A stretch of DNA of 63,912 bases, counting the filler, from Reticulomyxa filosa (taxonomy: Eukaryota > Protista > Foraminifera): assembly GCA_000512085.1 (NCBI GenBank). It is 24 parts of 24 records of this genome, joined end to end, with 100 filler letters (N's around TTAATTAATTAA, not from the genome) between each part and the next. Parts side by side here need not be neighbours in the genome. Positions count along the whole stretch, not along the records: positions 51,152 to 53,457 come from ASPP01027928.1; positions 53,558 to 54,705 come from ASPP01008305.1; positions 54,806 to 56,462 come from ASPP01029528.1; positions 56,563 to 61,343 come from ASPP01018691.1; positions 61,444 to 62,797 come from ASPP01027155.1; positions 62,898 to 63,912 come from ASPP01017551.1; 18 more parts are not named here. The stretch is one strand, 5' to 3'. The notes beneath the pieces are model-generated. The model saw only the letters and a list, made by a program, of their open reading frames with translations. It did not search any database and was not told the DNA's origin. Positions 52,651-63,912 of the stretch are shown in pieces. Numbering within the stretch: position 1 is the stretch's first letter; the number at the start of each line of letters is the position of its first letter. Both the position numbers and the translations under genes were made by a program.

Positions 52651-53561
52651 TCTTTTTTTTATTAAGTAAACAACTTGTAGAAAGAGTTTTGCTACTGTTA
52701 ATGCTTTCTTCTGTCATAAACATTTTTCATTGGACATCATAATGATAACACTGGATACTGTGTCTTTATATTTAGAACAATAAAATCTCAATTCTGATTT
52801 AGTATTTCTTCATATAAATATGAATGCTTATTAATCACAAGTATGCCACGTAATATATAAATAAATTTGCTTTTGACATCACTGCAGCAAAGATATTTGC
52901 TTTCTTGTTTCTAGAAAGCATTGTTGATCAGATAAATATGTTTCTTATTTGGAGGAATAAAAAAAAAGTAAATAGTAAGAGAATTGACAGAAAGAGAGTC
53001 AACTTCTTACTTTAAATACATACGTGAAATAACAATTATTTTGCAATATGTCTTAATCTGTTTAAATAACAATTTTCATAATCATATTGGATTGTTTCGT
53101 TTTTGTTCAAAACATTTAGAATCCAATTAACTGTACATTTGACAATAAAATTCCAACAATGTCCATTCATTAATTGTTATTTTTATTTTTTACTAACAAA
53201 TGGCAACCGCAGAACTCTCTAGTATTGAGAAAAGTTAGATAATTCTGTTAGGATTATCAGTTAACAAGCTTTTTTTTTTGCTTGTTTGTTACTTGGGTGC
53301 TTCAAACCCCTTTTTTAAAAAAACATTGCGTTTTCCAAAAAAAAAATTGTTGGATCTGTTATTATAGTCCACAACTTTGTAAAAAATGTGGGAAAAAGAA
53401 TAATCTTTTATAATCAAGTTTGTGGGTCATTTTATTGAAATTGTGGGTCATTTTTTANNNNNNNNNNNNNNNNNNNNNNNNNNNNNNNNNNNNNNNNNNN
53501 NTTAATTAATTAANNNNNNNNNNNNNNNNNNNNNNNNNNNNNNNNNNNNNNNNNNNNAAAA

Positions 53562-53598
<37 letters not shown>

Positions 53599-53619
53599 AA
53601 ACCATTGCGCACACGAATA

Positions 53620-54670
53620 AAGGATTGAACATTCAACGCGTGATTGTAAAGCATAATTTCCAAAACACAACAACACTTTTGTAGAATGGAGACATCCGAG
53701 TCCACGTGTTGTGTGCAAATGGACAGCACGAATTCAATTGCTCCAACTTTGTTCAACATGGTTTTCGTTTGATGATCCTCCGTGTCTCCACGACACAGTT
53801 CGTACAAAACTTCCAAGCAATGTCCGGATAGCAATTTGTGGTGATTCTTATCCAAATATCTCACTTGCAATAAATCTTCAAAAAATTGAGATCCTTTTTT
53901 TTTGATCACATGTCGCAGCTCTTTGTTGCCATGTTTTTTTCATTTGCGTGACGGCCATGCCCGAGTTCATGTCTCGTATTTGCGTAACTGCGACGTTGGT
54001 GACGGTGGTATTGGTAGTAGTGATAGTGGTTGTGGCTGTGGTGAAGTTGGACCTACGTAAACGCAGGAGAATCTCTTCAATTACTGTTGCCCATTCTTTG
54101 GGATTCTGTGCACGATGCAGCTGCTTCAACAATCGTCTGTTGCTCACAACTTTGTGCTCGGAGGGGTCATTGGCAACGATCATTTTCTCAACGTGTGTGA
54201 ATGGATTGCCATTGAATCCTTGATTGCCATCGTTGTCACCATTGTCATAATTCATCGAATTGACATTGACATTAGTGTCGGTATTGGCCTTGGCTTTGTT
54301 GTCTTTTTGGAATGGATTTGCGACAGGGAAATGGAGTGGCTGCGAATTTGAAGAGTGGACTGGAGAGAGAATGACGCCGGTCGTGGTGGTCGCGGACGAT
54401 AGAGGATTGTCGGTCTCGTTGCGGGAGACGGGATGGACGGGGTTGGCTTGTAATGTGTGTCGCGATGCTTGCTTGTGTTTGGAGGTGTTTACAAGTGGAT
54501 ACGTTCGTTGATTCGATTCTGTTTCCATTGGCGAGTTTGGAGAGACACCCGACCGAGAAGGGGCCGACCTCGAGTCTTTTTCCTTGTGTCGTCCTTTGCC
54601 ATCGGTGGCAAATGAAGGAGACATTTCAACATTGTTCAGTCTCTTGTGCACGGCCAACGACTGTTGCGCA
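53620..54670 (-). CDS. Internal exon(s) of an ARM-repeat-like protein with a disordered region
   Basis: CLEVLYELCRGD...KVGAIEFVLSICTQH...QKCCCVL helical pattern; 1-nt frameshift in an A9 run at ~53900. Confidence 0.5.
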
Positions 54671-54805
54671 TCTTTTTCTTCTTCTTCTTCTTCTTCTTCT
54701 TCTTCNNNNNNNNNNNNNNNNNNNNNNNNNNNNNNNNNNNNNNNNNNNNTTAATTAATTAANNNNNNNNNNNNNNNNNNNNNNNNNNNNNNNNNNNNNNN
54801 NNNNN

Positions 54806-56462
54806 CCCCCCCTTTTGCACTATCTATTGACACTGGAAATGCTGAGCTCACAGCAAGCTCGAGTTGCAGCCTATGCAATCCCTAAGTGTCTGTCGTAATG
54901 CTACTCATTACAACGTTCACGAATATACCAGAGAACGACAAACGAAAATGAAAATAACTGCGTACAAACAAGTGATTCGCATGCTTACCAGCAACCCTAC
55001 GCCCAGGCATTTGCGTATGGTGCTGTACGAATGGAAGTGCAAGAACCTGCACCGAGATGTCCGCATTGTGATTGATCGGAGGTGTTTAAGATCTTGGCGG
55101 CAGATCGTCCTTTGGAGTCACTCGTGAACACAGCTTGGAAAATCTTGAAGTCGTGTGTGAATGATCCGAACACCAATTTGAACGACGAAATCATGATTGC
55201 ACTCATCGGTCGGTTCAACAAGTCGAGTTATAGTTTCAAGGAGATTAGTTTCAAACCAAGAATCTTGGAGCACTTGGACACGGTTTTCTTCAATTGCGTT
55301 CAAAAAGGAATATCGAGACCGATTACGTGACAAATTGCTGTTGGTGTTGGTAAAGCGAATTTATGAAATCGATTTCACAAAAGAGAATCAGGAAGAAACA
55401 AAGAATGACAAGGCCACAGGAGAAAATGAAAAGAAGATAAAAAAGATTTTGCCAACGAAAAGCATAAAAGAAAGATTCGGAATTCCTTTGTTTGCAAATG
55501 AGTCTTTGTAAGACACAGTATAAACTCACCAACATTGCTTTCAAAGACTCATTTGCAAACAAAGGAATTCCGAATCTTTGTGCTTGGAGCGAATGTGTTT
55601 GGTATCAAAGAGCTGAAACGATGCTTATCGACTTCTTCTTGCATTGGGTATCGAGAGTGACCGAAGTATCAACGAATGAAATTCTCGAGCGATCCTCCAT
55701 TTGAATATCCTCCAACGCATTTTGAATCACCAATTGGCATTGCCCAGCGCCGATGATAAATCGGAGGAATCGCAAAGTGCCAAAGACAATGCAATGTTAA
55801 TTACCGTGTTCCACCACCAATTTTTTAGCTACAATTCAATCAACAAATTGGCAAAAAAACGTATTTGAATCAAATACTCAGCGGCAAAGGACAAGCTATT
55901 ATCGATGCGCTGTTGTATTTTGCGCAATGTTCATGTCAAGAGTTTGGTGTGTATCAAGAATCACATGTGCTCAATTCCATTCGAACGTTAATGGAATATT
56001 TGGTGAGAGACGTTATGATATCACAACATCCAAAGATATTTGGAAACAATTGGAGCTTGTTTATTTCCACCTGGTTCACAACAAATGGTGGATGGGGAAA
56101 GTCAGTCGAAATCACATTTGTTTCGAATTTGTTGGCAAGCGTGCAAGATTGACAAGCAATAAGAGCCTCATCGAACTTGTATTCGGTTGTCTTGCAACTG
56201 TGAAACAATCGCATCACATCTTCCGACTCGTATTCACAGACGGACTTGCACACAAATGGTTTAAAGTGTTTGAGCAGTTTTAATGTTCGATTTGTCGCAA
56301 CATTCGCACAAAGTTGTGCTGCTTAAAAATATGTTTTAATGTCGCCGTGATTTGGGGTTTGATTGAAAGAGTAGCAAACTTGCCCGAGTTTGTAAAGCCA
56401 GATCGGCAAGCAAACTCAAAAAAAGAAAGTCCCATTGTCACCACAACCGGGACAATTCCCTT
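54806..56462 (+). pseudogene. Frameshifted and stop-interrupted large helical protein, unidentified
   Basis: Overlapping protein-like ORFs in changing frames with in-frame stops and no intron signature. Confidence 0.55.
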
Positions 56463-57349
56463 NNNNNNNNNNNNNNNNNNNNNNNNNNNNNNNNNNNNNN
56501 NNNNNNTTAATTAATTAANNNNNNNNNNNNNNNNNNNNNNNNNNNNNNNNNNNNNNNNNNNNAAAAGAATAAAAAATATGTGGAATGACAAATGCAATTT
56601 GAAAAATAAAAGAATTAAAGATCATTTAGATAAAGAATATGCTTTGAAATTAATGGATTGTCGAAAAGCTATTTGGATGTAACCATTTGTTATAAACATG
56701 TAGTACTCATGATGGCGTAACAAGTAATTCGCGCACTACAAGTGAACTTTGGAACCCTTTATTCTAAAAACACACTACTCACTTTCACGACTTGTCTTTT
56801 CTCTTTCACTTGTTGAATCTTGTTGTTTATTGTCTCTTTTATTTAAATCATTAATCTTTTGTTTTAAATTGCTCAAAAGAGCGAAAACCTTTCGTATTAC
56901 AGTTTGCACATCTATTTCAGCAGCAGGAAAACCCACAAACATAATTTAGAAATCAAAATTTAAAAAAGAGAAGAAAGTCAATGTTATTAGAACAAATGGT
57001 TATTACGGAACAGACAAATCAAACGAAGAAATAGAACGTAAAAATGTAACACTCAATGAAATGAAAAAACAAAAATCATTTATTTTTGATAAATTTTTCA
57101 ATCGTCTAAATTTCTCAAAGCTTTCATTGGACATACGAATGCTGTATACATTGATTACGACATACAGGGTAATTACCCCATTTGTTCTGATCATAATTCG
57201 TGCATGAGCTGAGGTAATCAAACAAGCTCAATTATTCAGTGATGTGCTTTATGAAATTTTTATAATATCATTATCATGGAATGGAATTATCACCTGGTTT
57301 GTTCCTCATTGTGGAACATAACTATTTACTTTTGAAATTTTGAAACAGC

Positions 57350-57530
57350 AAAAAAGTTCAAGTATTAAGCAGGCACACGGGTATTCCATGTTCACTATTT
57401 GGCAATGGAAATATTTGTATTCTGGATCATAGAATAAACCATTCTTTATGGAATGTTGAAACATCTAAATTGTTATTGTATTCAAAGGATATACAATCAG
57501 TGTTTGATATATGAATTTTCACATTGTAAG
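57350..57530 (+). pseudogene. Decayed WD40-family copy
   Basis: Remnants SGS..., LWNVETSKLL, FKGYT resembling the 11980 gene. Confidence 0.5.
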
Positions 57531-58052
57531 ATCAGTGGCAATCACAGAAGAAATGCAGCGTTGGTGGTGAGTTATCTATCATGTGCTTAGGAAATGATAT
57601 TTTTATAACTGAAAGAGATAAAAATAAAAAATTATATGTATTATACAACTTCAATGAGAGTAAAAATATATTGTCTTGTATTTAAATTGCCAAAAATTTA
57701 AGAAATACCAAACAAGGTTGCATAATAATTTTAGTTGTTATTTTCTTTACAATTGGTCTCTACACTTTGCAATCCAATGTATACGAACAGCAAGCACATC
57801 AAAGCATCCATTCGATGTAAGCTAACTTGTTGGTATCCGAGTTGTTCTGCGTGCAGTCAGAACATCTCTTCTTTGGTACTTTTTGTCTAAAAAAACATAT
57901 CTGGGTAGCAAAAAGCCAAGATATACAAGTGATTTGATAAGAAAAATCACTCAAATACATATACATCGAAAAGTAAAAATCATAGCAGGAGAAAATGAAA
58001 AGGTTAATGTCATGTTGAAATTAATTTAAAACATGAAAAGTGATATTTTTTT

Positions 58053-58702
58053 TTATGAACAGGTTTTTCTAGCCTCCCAAAAACCCTTACCATAAGTAAC
58101 CAAAAGTTCTTCGCCTTGTCGAATAGGTTTATTAAGTGCAAATACTCCGATCCTTACATGACCGCTTTTTTTTGAGAAATAATTTTCAAATTTGACATTT
58201 GGCCTTATTGCAATGTTTCGATAATCGTTAATAAATCGGGCCACATTACCATATTTTTCGGCATCACAAGATAGCCCATCAACAAACTGAATGATGTAAT
58301 CACTTGTTTGTGATTCTGTCTCGTGCCTTTGGACCAATCCTTTGTAGTCACAAATATGGAAATTACTCTGTATTTTTTTCGTTGCAAACAATCCAAAACC
58401 GCCAAACGCTGGATGTTTGGGATCCGTTATTTTTTCAATTCTTACATATTTACGCTCATTTGAATTATCACATGATGTCAATATTGGGGTATATGTTTTT
58501 GCTGACTGCTCGTTCATTAATATATCATTTATTGTCTTATCGTTCCAGATATAATCCTCAATGTATTCAACATTTTTGGGCCAGTTCTTTTTTTTAAGGA
58601 AAAAATTTATTTATCAAGTTGAATATGAATAAAAATATCGAAAAAACAAAAATGCCTCACTTTTGGAACAGAAAACGAGGAAGACACTAACATTTTCGCC
58701 AT
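58053..58702 (-). CDS. Small SET-domain protein
   Basis: ATG 58702 plus intron 58660..58587 gives VPKNWPKNVEYI; HPAFGGFGLFATKKI, DYKG, GNVARFINDYR, GEELLVTYGKGFW. Confidence 0.88.
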
Positions 58703-59045
58703 TATTAGTCCATGGGATGAACTTCGTTCCAAATACAAAAAAAACTTGGACGGTTCTGTTTTAAAGTGTTTTTAAAAGTGAAATATTATCTTTTTTGAAA
58801 ATTACAGAGGAAAACAAAACAGAATTTGGATACCTATTTTGTTCATTTAAAAAAAAAAATAACCTGAAAGATAGAAACGACAGCAAGCATTTGAAAAGCA
58901 AAAACCTACAAAAGCAGTTCCAATATATACTTGATTGTGAAAATATTTGAGCACTAATTAAAGAGTAAAAGAGGACGAGTAGCGAGTTTCAGCAGGAGTC
59001 TTCTGCTGATTTGACTTCGAAAATACAGAATAAGATATCAAATCA

Positions 59046-61303
59046 ATGAACGGAACATACGAATACGGAGTATTTCTTTCTCATTTCTGCAATATTGACT
59101 TATTTCGACAAGGGTAGTAATAACTAACTAAAAATTAATATCGAATCAATATTTATAACTTCACGTTTTGTGCGTTTGTGTTCATGCAAAGAACGATTTA
59201 ACCAACACTAAAAAAACACTTTGGATTTTTGCCTTGCGATTGGGGAACATAACATAAAATAAAAAAAAAAGGATATATTTTTTTCGAATACGAATTTACG
59301 AGCAGCAAGGATCGCATGACAGGAAATCCAACGGATCTTCGGCGTCAAGTCCAAAAGATGGAAACAACATAGCGAAAAGTAATGGGATAGGAACAGGGGG
59401 TAGCAATAGTAATAGTAACCTAAGTGGCACGGGCGGTTCGACGATAAATGGGGACAACGTAAACAGCTTGAAGAGGTACGCACTGCCCTATCGCACAATG
59501 GCAGGAAAGGTACGTAATAGTGACTATTTGCTGACCGTAGTCCGATCGCAATGCCTATTTGGGACATATGGACGGACCCAACAATGCTTACTGTTCCTCC
59601 TTCTTTCGTGTTCAATACCAAGAACAACGCATTTCTTTGAATGAAGGATGTTTGTTTCGAATTGACTTACCCTACTCACCAGTTCATTTTAATACATCCT
59701 TTTTTTTTTTTTTTTTTTTGTTTTGTAAATACAAACATTTTCCAAATTTTTTTGAAATAAATTTTAAAAAAATGTACGCAAAAAAAAAAATGGTTCAAAG
59801 TTGACCCCACTGTATGTTGACATCGAATTGGTATTTTCCGAATTGCACGCCAATGAGTTGATTGTTTGTTGCTCTCTGCTCTTTTTTTTTTTTTTGGCGA
59901 TGATTGATTTGTTGTTTATGTTCCCCTCTTTGAACGTTTTTTTTTTGTAATCTGATACAAATACATATATATATATGTATATGTATATGTATATGTGTAT
60001 GTACATGTATATGTGTGCATGTGATACTGCTTTTTGTTAGCTACAACACCAAAGGGATCCCCGATTTGTCAGAGTTCAGCATTGTCGACACTACGACGCT
60101 GTGTGTGGAGGACTGCCAAAACGGTGTTCACGGCATATATCCGGTCACATTTTCTTCGGCACATTTCTGCTTGTTGCATACCATGGTTCACGGCCAACTT
60201 ATCAATTTCAAGTTTATCCCGCCCGCACCGCTGCGAACGTCCTCCTCTCTTTCTGATCCCGATGCCGACTCGGAATCAGTTTCGACATTTTGCCGTTGTC
60301 ACTATTTTTGTTGTTTGTTTCTCTCTATCCCTTCTTTTTTTTTTTTTTTTTTTTGCTTTTATTTATTTTTTTTCCGATGGTCATCTAATATACATATGTA
60401 CATATATGTATATGCAATATCATATATATATGCATATGCTCTTTCGAATGGCATTGTTATCCGCAAAACAACAAATGTCAACGATTCAAATGAAAACAAT
60501 AAAAGACAAATGGTAAAGGCAGTGGACATCATTTGTCAAAGACAAGCAACGAAGCGCAGAGATCAGACGAGTCCGCAAGTCAATTGAAAGGCCTGAAGAA
60601 GAGGTGTGTGTGTGTGGTACGTTTGCTTGTTTGGTGTTGGAGAGTGTCAGGTAATATAGACTGTGTTGCAACACATGACATAATGAGAAAGATGGAAAGA
60701 CACCGGCAAGGAGGAAAGAAGCCCAAGTGAGCCCATTCTAGGCATTTCATCGTTTGCAGAGGTACTGTTTCACAATGCAATTGATGTGCCATTGTCGCCA
60801 AAACAATGGGAAAGAGTAAATGATCATCACGTCTTTTATGTCTCCTCCTTAATGAAGTCCTATGAAACATTACAATCAGTTGACTTTTTTTTTTTTGTTT
60901 TTACTTTTAACAAAAAAAAAAAAAAGAGAGAGTAAGAGTATATGTGTACATATATGTATGTTATATTGTATTAAATCGTACATTGATTAGAAATGATGCA
61001 ATCAAACAAACAAACACCATTTATCAGTTAGTGGGCAAATATGTGATGGAGTATTTAGATCCCGCCTCAGTGACGTACTTGGGCGCGGATTTCGACGAGC
61101 TCTTCCCAGTTCCCGACATTGACTTGCCGCAAAAATTAAGATACATTGCGCCGGATGCTGCGGACAAAAAAGAGGTAGCAGACAAGGTGATGTCCTCGCA
61201 AAGGGCCCTCGTTCATGTCAACGACATCAATGCTCATCACGGCGCCGAGGCCAATCCAGGATCACTCGTCTCGCCACTGTTTTGTGTTTTGTCATACTAC
61301 AAA

Positions 61304-61343
<40 letters not shown>
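59046..61343 (+). CDS. FAM135: FAM135-like protein, 5' part, multi-exon
   Basis: GTYEYGVFLSHFCNIDLFRQG|IYFFRIRI, SSFFRVQYQEQRISLNEGCLFRI, GVHGIYPVTFSSAHFCLLHTMVHG match FAM135 N-terminal blocks. Confidence 0.75.
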
Positions 61344-61443
61344 NNNNNNNNNNNNNNNNNNNNNNNNNNNNNNNNNNNNNNNNNNNNTTAATTAATTAAN
61401 NNNNNNNNNNNNNNNNNNNNNNNNNNNNNNNNNNNNNNNNNNN

Positions 61444-61477
61444 TTTAGGCGTTCAGTTTTATTTGCAACTTACTGTA
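61444..61477 (-). mobile_element. Tc1-like TIR (inverted) at a contig start
   Basis: Reverse complement TA-CAGTAAGTTGCAAATAAAACTGAACGCCTAAA. Confidence 0.7.
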
Positions 61478-61500
61478 TATGTATTTATGTATACATATAA

Positions 61501-62118
61501 TGGATTCCATTTCTTAGTAAACAATTGATTAAAATGAAATACAAGGTTACAATGCTGCAACGCATTGGCTGGGGTATAATCTTATCAATACTTTCAATGG
61601 CAGCTGCGGCGATTGTGGAAGTGTCGCGCAAGCAAACATCGTCGTTCGATTTGCATGATATATCCTCCGAGTGTGATAGCAGTGGACAAACACCAGTTTC
61701 CAAAATGTCAATATTTTGGCAAGTCCCGCAATTCGCTTTGATTGGCGCCAGTGAGGTGTTGGCCAGCATCACTGGCTTGGAGTTCTTTTTTAGCCAAAGT
61801 CCTGTCCAAATGCGAAGTGTTATGATGTCTTTTTATTTGGTCACGGTTGGGGTAGCCTCTTGGATGACTGGCATTTTGATTGCCATGGTTAATGCCAGGA
61901 AAGGCAAAGAATGGATCACTGACAATTTGAATCATGGTCGATTGGAATATTATTTCACTTTGCTCACTTTTCTTTCACTTGCCAATTTTTTTGGGTTCTT
62001 GTATAGCAGTCATCGATATAAATATCAATGGCTGGATGAAAATCACAAAGCTGACCATCAGTCCACTCATCTACAGGTGCATGCTGACGAAGAACAGCCA
62101 CCTGAAAATGCCTTGTAA
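61501..62118 (+). CDS. POT/PTR oligopeptide transporter, 3' part
   Basis: LQRIGWG, MSIFWQVPQFALIGASEVLASITGLEFFFSQSPVQMRS, DNLNHGRLEYYF. Confidence 0.9.
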   Translation, partial: WIPFLSKQLIKMKYKVTMLQRIGWGIILSILSMAAAAIVEVSRKQTSSFDLHDISSECDSSGQTPVSKMSIFWQVPQFALIGASEVLASITGLEFFFSQSPVQMRSVMMSFYLVTVGVASWMTGILIAMVNARKGKEWITDNLNHGRLEYYFTLLTFLSLANFFGFLYSSHRYKYQWLDENHKADHQSTHLQVHADEEQPPENAL

Positions 62119-62390
62119 CTGTTACCATTTGTCAGATCGATGGAAACTTATCTTTGAGCATGAGTTCGGAAGTATTAGACAATAACTTATGACACTTTTA
62201 TTTCTTATAATAGAACTACTAACTCCAGCTTCTTTACTGAAAAAAAGACAGTTTTTCAACTTTTAAACTAAGAGAAACAACTTGTCAAAAGGGGTCAAAG
62301 AATACAGTCGTTTCTAACATGGCAAATCTTTGGTAGTGATTGTGATTCTATTTTTAGCAGTGTGGTGGAAAGATATTCGGTGAGTCTCTC

Positions 62391-62672
62391 ATGTACTCTA
62401 GCGTACACTTGCCCGAGTCGCCTGAAATAGTACCCGAGCCAAAGCTAACTTCCAGGGCAGCTCACACTCACACATACTGGCCACCAGAAGTTAGTCTGCC
62501 CAAGTTTGCTGTTAATGGACTATTGATGGAATTTGCTGTGAATTCAGTACTTTATCCATTGTTTTATTGTAAAACTCATCTACAAACCAATGTTGGAGAG
62601 TTGAGTGGCAATGCCCTGAAAGATTTCCGCCACCAAACCAACGCGATTGTGAAAGAGTTTGGTTTAAAAGGT
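62391..62672 (+). CDS. Mitochondrial carrier (SLC25A44-like), first exon
   Basis: LYPLFYCKTHLQT...IVKEFGLKG, a variant of the Px[DE]xx[KR] carrier repeat. Confidence 0.65.
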
Positions 62673-63608
62673 GTGAAATAACTCACCAAATTGTGTGTAT
62701 CAGAAACACTTGTTTGTTGCTTTTAAAAGGGAAGAGAAAGAGAGAGGATCACACACACACAACCATGACGTATCAATTTGAAAATAAAAATGGGGAGNNN
62801 NNNNNNNNNNNNNNNNNNNNNNNNNNNNNNNNNNNNNNNNNTTAATTAATTAANNNNNNNNNNNNNNNNNNNNNNNNNNNNNNNNNNNNNNNNNNNNACA
62901 ATGAGCAGTTGCCTCTTTTTTTTTTTTTTTTTTTGCAAAAAGTCAGACTTTTTTCAATTTGAAATCGTTGCTTTTCCAATTCGAAATTCCTTTTTTGCAG
63001 TTCAAATTGACTCTTTTCGTCTTCCAATTGGTTTGGAGGATGAGCTGTGATACTATATCCTGCCTCATTAACAACAAGCTGGTGTTTGGCTCTTCTCCTA
63101 TTTTCTATTGCTTGTGTTTGTCGCGCAACATAAAACAATATAGCGTCTAGTTTCACACGGAAAACGTACTTTTTTTTGCTACAAAGGAGAATTGCCGTTA
63201 TGTGTTTAGCACTGAAAAAAAAAAAGAGGGGCAGGACTAACGTGAGAGTGTGAACAATAACGGAACATTAGACAGTTATTTGGAGTCCGTCTTTTGTGTG
63301 TGTATCAAAAATGAATTCACAAAAAAGAACTTACTATTATTCGGACTTTCATTCATTTTTTAATTCACTGCTTTTTAAAAATTTTCCAAAGCCCCTTTTT
63401 CTAATTAGACGAACTTGACTTTTTTTGCACGTTAGTGAAACTGTAACAATGCAAATAAGTCGCTTTAGCATTTAAAAAAAAATGTAACCAAATGACGTGA
63501 TGAAAGCAAAAAAGTACAATTGTTGTAAGTTGTTAGAAAAGTAACTTTTGCTGGCGTGTGCACCAGCACCGACTTTGTGCAGGTTAAAAAAAGGGGTCAC
63601 GCTTATAG

Positions 63609-63805
63609 ATTGTGATTGACGGTTTTGACCCGGTCGCAACAGCACAATATATAGAAAGAAACAAAATGGAGATGTCTGCGCGCCTGTTGACAAAATTGAG
63701 ACCTCTTGTTGGGGATCTAGTGCGTGAAAATTCCCGAGACATACGGAACCACGCGCAAATGACAGCCCCTGATGAAGCTGAGAACCTTAACTATCTTGCA
63801 GATGT
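63609..63805 (+). CDS. Probable exon of an unidentified protein
   Basis: AG acceptor, open coding-like frame (VIDGFDPVATAQYIERN...), GT donor. Confidence 0.35.
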
Positions 63806-63912
63806 TAAGTTTGTTTTGTTTGTAGCAACAGTAGTAGTAGTGGAAAAAGTTTCAATCTTGTCTGATAAGCAAAAAGAAAATGGGAAAGAAAAGAACAAAA
63901 CGTAAGTAATAC

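Noticed and set aside
54806-56462. Stop-codon reassignment explaining the broken ORFs
   Set aside because: Intact genes end in TAA, TAG and TGA, and the broken regions also contain frameshifts
22164-62118. The two POT fragments as one split or trans-spliced gene
   Set aside because: They lie on different contigs with different composition and no linkage evidence; they may be paralogues
63612-63805. PUS7/TruD assignment from PLVGDLV
   Set aside because: Only one short motif matches

Overview
This is not contiguous DNA. It is 24 short draft contigs joined by 23 identical artificial 100-bp linkers (N44-TTAATTAATTAA-N44), so genes on different contigs are not neighbours. Twenty-three contigs are AT-rich, intron-containing eukaryotic DNA. 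The WD40 type (NNIGVIGGNGYTICSGS), many decayed pseudogenes and homopolymer-rich introns resemble, from recall only, the foraminiferan Reticulomyxa filosa. Recognisable genes, mostly partial: TM9SF, RABL3-like GTPase, a PB1-like protein, PDS5, WD40, PDK1, a GYF_2 protein, two POT/PTR transporter fragments, OGDH E1, a sulfotransferase-like protein, WDR89, INTS6, SAS-6, a small SET protein, FAM135 and a mitochondrial carrier. Relics include non-LTR retroelement pieces, a Tc1-like family (seven TIR copies, one 1-kb element with both ends), two multi-CAP-Gly pseudogenes and a caspase-like pseudogene. One contig (27331-28586) is bacterial and carries a low-GC outer-membrane beta-barrel gene in high-GC flanks. 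The most unusual signal is intron architecture: many hand-reconstructed introns start GT plus a U-tract and end with an A-tract plus AG, the reverse of a canonical polypyrimidine acceptor. These ends are complementary, suggesting structure-bridged splicing. All assignments come from manual translation and recalled motifs; no searches were run.
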